DNA from: Candidatus Omnitrophota bacterium
GTDB taxonomy: Bacteria; Omnitrophota; Gorgyraeia; Zapsychrales; Fredricksoniimonadaceae
Direction: 5' to 3'
NCBI GenBank assembly: GCA_002753465.1
Contig: PEAF01000007.1
Location: 1-54,802 of the forward strand
Length of the DNA stretch: 54,802 bases
The notes beneath the pieces were generated by a model that was given only the letters and a program-made list of their open reading frames with translations, ran no database searches and was not told where the DNA came from. The translations under genes and the position numbers were made by a program. Within the stretch, counting starts at the first letter, position 1. Every line of letters starts with the position of its first letter. This document shows, one piece after another, positions 51,412 to 54,802 of the stretch.

Positions 51412-52607
51412 TGAATATATTGAGGCTGCATAACGGGCGGATCACAGACGGTGTCCGCCCTGTTTCTTTAAAGGGTATTAACCTCGGCGGATGGCTTATG
51501 CCCGAGGGGTATTTCATGCATGCGCCTAATCGCGGTTATCACCTGTTCCGTAAGGCTTTTGTTAAAGCGCTGGGCGAGGATGTCTGTCGGGAAAAAGAGC
51601 GCGCATTCCGGGAAGCGTTCATCACGCCAAAAGATCTGGCCGCCATTGCCGGGATGGGGTTTAATAGTATCCGCTTGCCGTTCCATTTCGGGCTCATCGA
51701 AACGAGCCCGTACGTTTATTCCCATGAAGGCGTGGGATATTTGGACCGGGCGATCTGCTGGGCCCGGCAAAATAACCTGCGTGTTATTTTAGATATGCAT
51801 GCCGCACCGGGGGCGCAGAACCATGACTGGCATTCTGACTCTGATGGCAAGGCGCGGTTCTGGACGAATAAGGGTTTTCAGCGCAGGGCGGCGGCGTTGT
51901 GGGGTTTTCTGGCTGATCGTTATAAAAATGAACCTGCCGTGGCGGGGTATGATCTTTTGAATGAAGCCGTGCTGGATGATACAACGCTTCTGAATGCGTA
52001 CTATAAGGCGGCGATCCGTGAGATCAGGAGCGTTGATAAGGCGCATATTATTTTTGTCGAGGGTAATCATTGGGCGCAGGACTTGACGTGCCTGGACAAT
52101 TTTGATGATAATAATCTGGCCTTGAGTTTCCATTTTTATGAGCCGTTGGAATTTACGTTCAATTTTGTGCCGGGGTTGAAGTATCCATTGTGTGCTGGCA
52201 AGGGCCGCTGGGACAGGGCATTTATGCATAAGCGCCTTGAAAGTTTTGTCAAATTAGCAGGGAAGCAAAAGCGTGCTTTATGCTGCGGTGAGTTCGGTGT
52301 TAACAGCCGCGACGGATTTTATGGCGAAGATGTATGGTTGTCGGATATACTTGCTGAATTCAAGGCCATGGATATCCACTGGACGTACTGGACATGGAAG
52401 GCTGTGAAGCATTTCATGTATCCGGACGGGGTCTATAGTTATACGGGGAATCCGGCGTGGGTCAACCGTCCGGGTCCTGTAACGGGCTGGGATACATGGT
52501 CGGCGCAGTGGTCAGTCAAGCAGAAAGAAATGATCGCGTCGTGGAAGACCGGGGCATTCAGCGAGAATAAAGCTATTGCGAGGGCGTTGAGAGCGGGACT
52601 TAAGTAA
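51411..52607 (+). CDS. Glycoside hydrolase family 5
   Basis: GINLGGWL, IRLPF, LDMHAAPG, YDLLNE (acid/base), HFY, GEFG (nucleophile). Confidence 0.9.
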   Translation: MNILRLHNGRITDGVRPVSLKGINLGGWLMPEGYFMHAPNRGYHLFRKAFVKALGEDVCREKERAFREAFITPKDLAAIAGMGFNSIRLPFHFGLIETSPYVYSHEGVGYLDRAICWARQNNLRVILDMHAAPGAQNHDWHSDSDGKARFWTNKGFQRRAAALWGFLADRYKNEPAVAGYDLLNEAVLDDTTLLNAYYKAAIREIRSVDKAHIIFVEGNHWAQDLTCLDNFDDNNLALSFHFYEPLEFTFNFVPGLKYPLCAGKGRWDRAFMHKRLESFVKLAGKQKRALCCGEFGVNSRDGFYGEDVWLSDILAEFKAMDIHWTYWTWKAVKHFMYPDGVYSYTGNPAWVNRPGPVTGWDTWSAQWSVKQKEMIASWKTGAFSENKAIARALRAGLK

Positions 52608-52667
52608 TCGTTTGGCGTCATCCGCTAAAATAGAAGTTTGATATATGATGCATTGTTGATTAAATGG

Positions 52668-52800
52668 TTCCCTGCTTTAAGGCTGATGGCATACCGCAGC
52701 TGCGAGTTTGGAAACCAAGCTTTCAACAGTATTTTCTTAGAAAAAGCTGTTTCCACTGTTTGAGCAGCCAGGTATGCCGGAAGCCTTAATAAGCAGGGAA
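52668..52800 (+). repeat. Structured ~135-bp intergenic element, copy B
   Basis: Homologous to the reverse complement of 37645-37780 with compensatory stem changes. Confidence 0.8.
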
Positions 52801-52837
52801 TTTTATAATTCTTAAAGACTGAAAAGAATAAAGCTAT

Positions 52838-53638
52838 ATGATCGAAAAGATTTCAAGTTTACAGAATGCGGGTATCAAGCGTGTCGTGCGGCTGCGCACT
52901 AAAAAGAGCCGTGAGGCGCGCGGGCTTACCATTGTTGAGGGCAATCGCGAGGTGCGTCAGGCCTTCCTGGCGGGCTTGCGTTTTCACAGTGTTTATATCT
53001 GCCGTGAAGGCGTTTACCATGTGGATGAGGCCTTGGCCAAAGAGCTTTTGGATGCCAGGGTCAAGATCTATGACACAGGGTGTGCGGTGTTCGGTAAAAT
53101 GTCGTACGGTGACCGCGTCGACGGGATATTGGGTCTGGTTGAACGGCCGGAGGTTACGCTGGAGAATTTAAAATTAAGCGCCAATCCGCTCATCGTTGTG
53201 ATGGAGGGCGTTGAGAAACCCGGTAATCTGGGCGCTGTGCTGCGCACATGTGACGGGGCGGGAGTTGAGGCGCTGATTGTGTGCGATGAGAAGACGGATA
53301 TTTATAATCCGAATGTGATACGCGCCAGTCTGGGCGCTGTGTTCGCTGTTCAAACGGTCTCCTGTACGAACAAGGAGGCGGTCGAGTTCTTGCGTATGAA
53401 GGGCGTCAAGACGTTCGCGGCGGTTGTTCAGGCTAAAGAATTTTACTATGACAAGGATTTGTCCGGCCCCTGCGCCATCGTGATGGGCAGTGAGCAGGAT
53501 GGGTTGAGCGATCTATGGCGCCGCAGCGCGGATGATGCCGTGCGCATCCCGATGTGCGGCAAGGTCGATTCGCTCAATGTGTCGGTTTCGGCCGCCGTGA
53601 TGGTTTATGAAGCGTTAAGACAAAGAGGAAAAATATGA
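52838..53638 (+). CDS. TrmH/SpoU family RNA methyltransferase
   Basis: EKPGNLGAVLRT, GSEQDGL, DSLNVSVSAA. Confidence 0.9.
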   Translation: MIEKISSLQNAGIKRVVRLRTKKSREARGLTIVEGNREVRQAFLAGLRFHSVYICREGVYHVDEALAKELLDARVKIYDTGCAVFGKMSYGDRVDGILGLVERPEVTLENLKLSANPLIVVMEGVEKPGNLGAVLRTCDGAGVEALIVCDEKTDIYNPNVIRASLGAVFAVQTVSCTNKEAVEFLRMKGVKTFAAVVQAKEFYYDKDLSGPCAIVMGSEQDGLSDLWRRSADDAVRIPMCGKVDSLNVSVSAAVMVYEALRQRGKI

Positions 53639-54802
53639 AACTACAACTTTTTATTTCGCATAACGGCGGCGTTTCCCGACGTAAGGCATTCGATCACATC
53701 ATCAATGGCGATGTGATGGTCAATGATAAGATCGTCAAGGAGCCGTCCCATATGATGGAGCCCGGCGAGGATAAGATCACGCTTTTAGGGCATGAGATCA
53801 AGCCGACCGCGTATGAGTACATTATGCTCAACAAGCCTTCGGGCTACGTAACGACGTGCGAAGCACAGTTCGATCAGACCGCGGTGATGGCGCTGTTGCC
53901 GGCTAATCTGCGCCACCTGAAACCTGTCGGGCGTTTGGATAAAGATACACAGGGACTTTTGCTGTTGACCAATGACGGCGAGTTGGCCAACCGTCTGGCG
54001 CATCCGAGCTATGACGTGAATAAAACATATCACGTGCGTGTTACGCGTAAAATGGAGTTCCGTGAGAAGGACCGTTTGGAAGCAGGCGTTGTGATCGACG
54101 GGTTCCGTACGGCACCGGCTGAAGTGGCTAACATTAATTATTTAAATGCAGCGACGGAGTTCGACCTTACCATCCATGAAGGCCATAAGCATCAGGTCAG
54201 GCTTATGTGCCACGAAGTGGGGCATGATGTTGAGCAGTTGACACGCATCGCCCAGGGGCCGCTTAAGCTTGAAGGTCTTAAGGTGGGTACGTGGCGTCCG
54301 TTAACACCGGAAGAGCTGGCGATGTTGCATAATATCGGCCGCACCACTATTACGCCGGTCTTCAAGTCGCATTCACCTGAGCGTCGTTATTCAGCCAATC
54401 GCGACTGGTCCAGTGATAAGCCTGAAGGCCAGCGGTATTCCACGCCGGCCAGCAGTCCCGCGGAGTCAGCGCGCCGCGAACGTACGGAGCGTCCAGAGGC
54501 TGGTCGTCCGGATTCAAGCGCGCCGCGTGAGGAGAAACCGACGGGCGAGCGCCGCGAGTATAAGCCATTTAATCGTGATGCCCGGCCGTCTAGTGATAGG
54601 CCAAGAAGTGATCGTCCATATTCGAGTGCGCCACGTGAAGGCCGTTCGTACGGTGAGCGTCCGCGCACCAGCGCGCCATATTCGAGTGCACCACGCACCG
54701 AGCGTCCTCGCAGCGACCGCCCGTATTCCAGCGATCGTCCGCGAACGGACAGACCAAGAAGTGATCGTCCTTATTCGAGCGCGCCGCGTGAAGGCCGTTC
54801 GT
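53635..54802 (+). CDS. RsuA/RluB-family rRNA pseudouridine synthase with long repetitive C-terminal tail (3'-truncated)
   Basis: Not in the ORF track because it runs off the window; reads MKLQLFISHNGGVSRRKA (S4 domain), LNKPSGY, VGRLDKDTQGLLLLTNDG, IHEGHKHQVR. Confidence 0.88.
   Translation, partial: MKLQLFISHNGGVSRRKAFDHIINGDVMVNDKIVKEPSHMMEPGEDKITLLGHEIKPTAYEYIMLNKPSGYVTTCEAQFDQTAVMALLPANLRHLKPVGRLDKDTQGLLLLTNDGELANRLAHPSYDVNKTYHVRVTRKMEFREKDRLEAGVVIDGFRTAPAEVANINYLNAATEFDLTIHEGHKHQVRLMCHEVGHDVEQLTRIAQGPLKLEGLKVGTWRPLTPEELAMLHNIGRTTITPVFKSHSPERRYSANRDWSSDKPEGQRYSTPASSPAESARRERTERPEAGRPDSSAPREEKPTGERREYKPFNRDARPSSDRPRSDRPYSSAPREGRSYGERPRTSAPYSSAPRTERPRSDRPYSSDRPRTDRPRSDRPYSSAPREGRS

Noticed and set aside
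52668-52800. Hammerhead ribozyme (CTGATG near a stem)
   Set aside because: CUGANGA and GAAA cores are not both present, and the other copy reads CTGAGGG
54362-54698. Minus-strand ORFs at the window end
   Set aside because: Antisense shadows of the pseudouridine synthase repeat tail

Overview
Bacterial genomic window (diderm: outer-membrane beta-barrel, Sec signal peptides). Gene content suggests Ca. Omnitrophota/PVC, but that is my inference and is unchecked. The first 17 kb is a tandem array of four paralogous modular proteins (partial 2-1759, 1936-10536, 11326-14463, 14501-17023). The three complete members have a signal peptide and a conserved ~350-aa N-terminal domain, and all four end in a conserved ~55-60-aa 'GGID...G(F/L)TP' C-terminal domain. 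Between these lie different enzymatic cargoes (2H phosphoesterase, alpha/beta hydrolase, CofD/YvcK-like, GlmU-like nucleotidyltransferase, HAD, TIM-barrel, DUF218, glycosidase-like, HD), often delimited by short D-x-A-(M/Q) linkers. This is the best candidate for an undescribed polymorphic secreted polyprotein/effector system. A RelBE-type toxin-antitoxin (TA) cassette bracketed by duplicated terminators interrupts the array, and REP-like palindromes sit in frame in one member. Next come a c-di-GMP-centred cluster (c-di-GMP-I riboswitch, Pro-rich secreted protein, alginate-export-type porin, DUF748, PilZ, GGDEF-EAL), a murein-peptide recycling operon and a DEAD-box helicase. These are followed by an AT-rich accessory islet (second TA, XRE regulators, methyltransferases) also bracketed by duplicated terminators, two types of structured non-coding elements, glycosylation genes, a hybrid kinase/Hpt pair and housekeeping genes. 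No rRNA, tRNA, CRISPR array, integrase or transposase was seen. All domain calls come from motif recognition by eye, not database searches.
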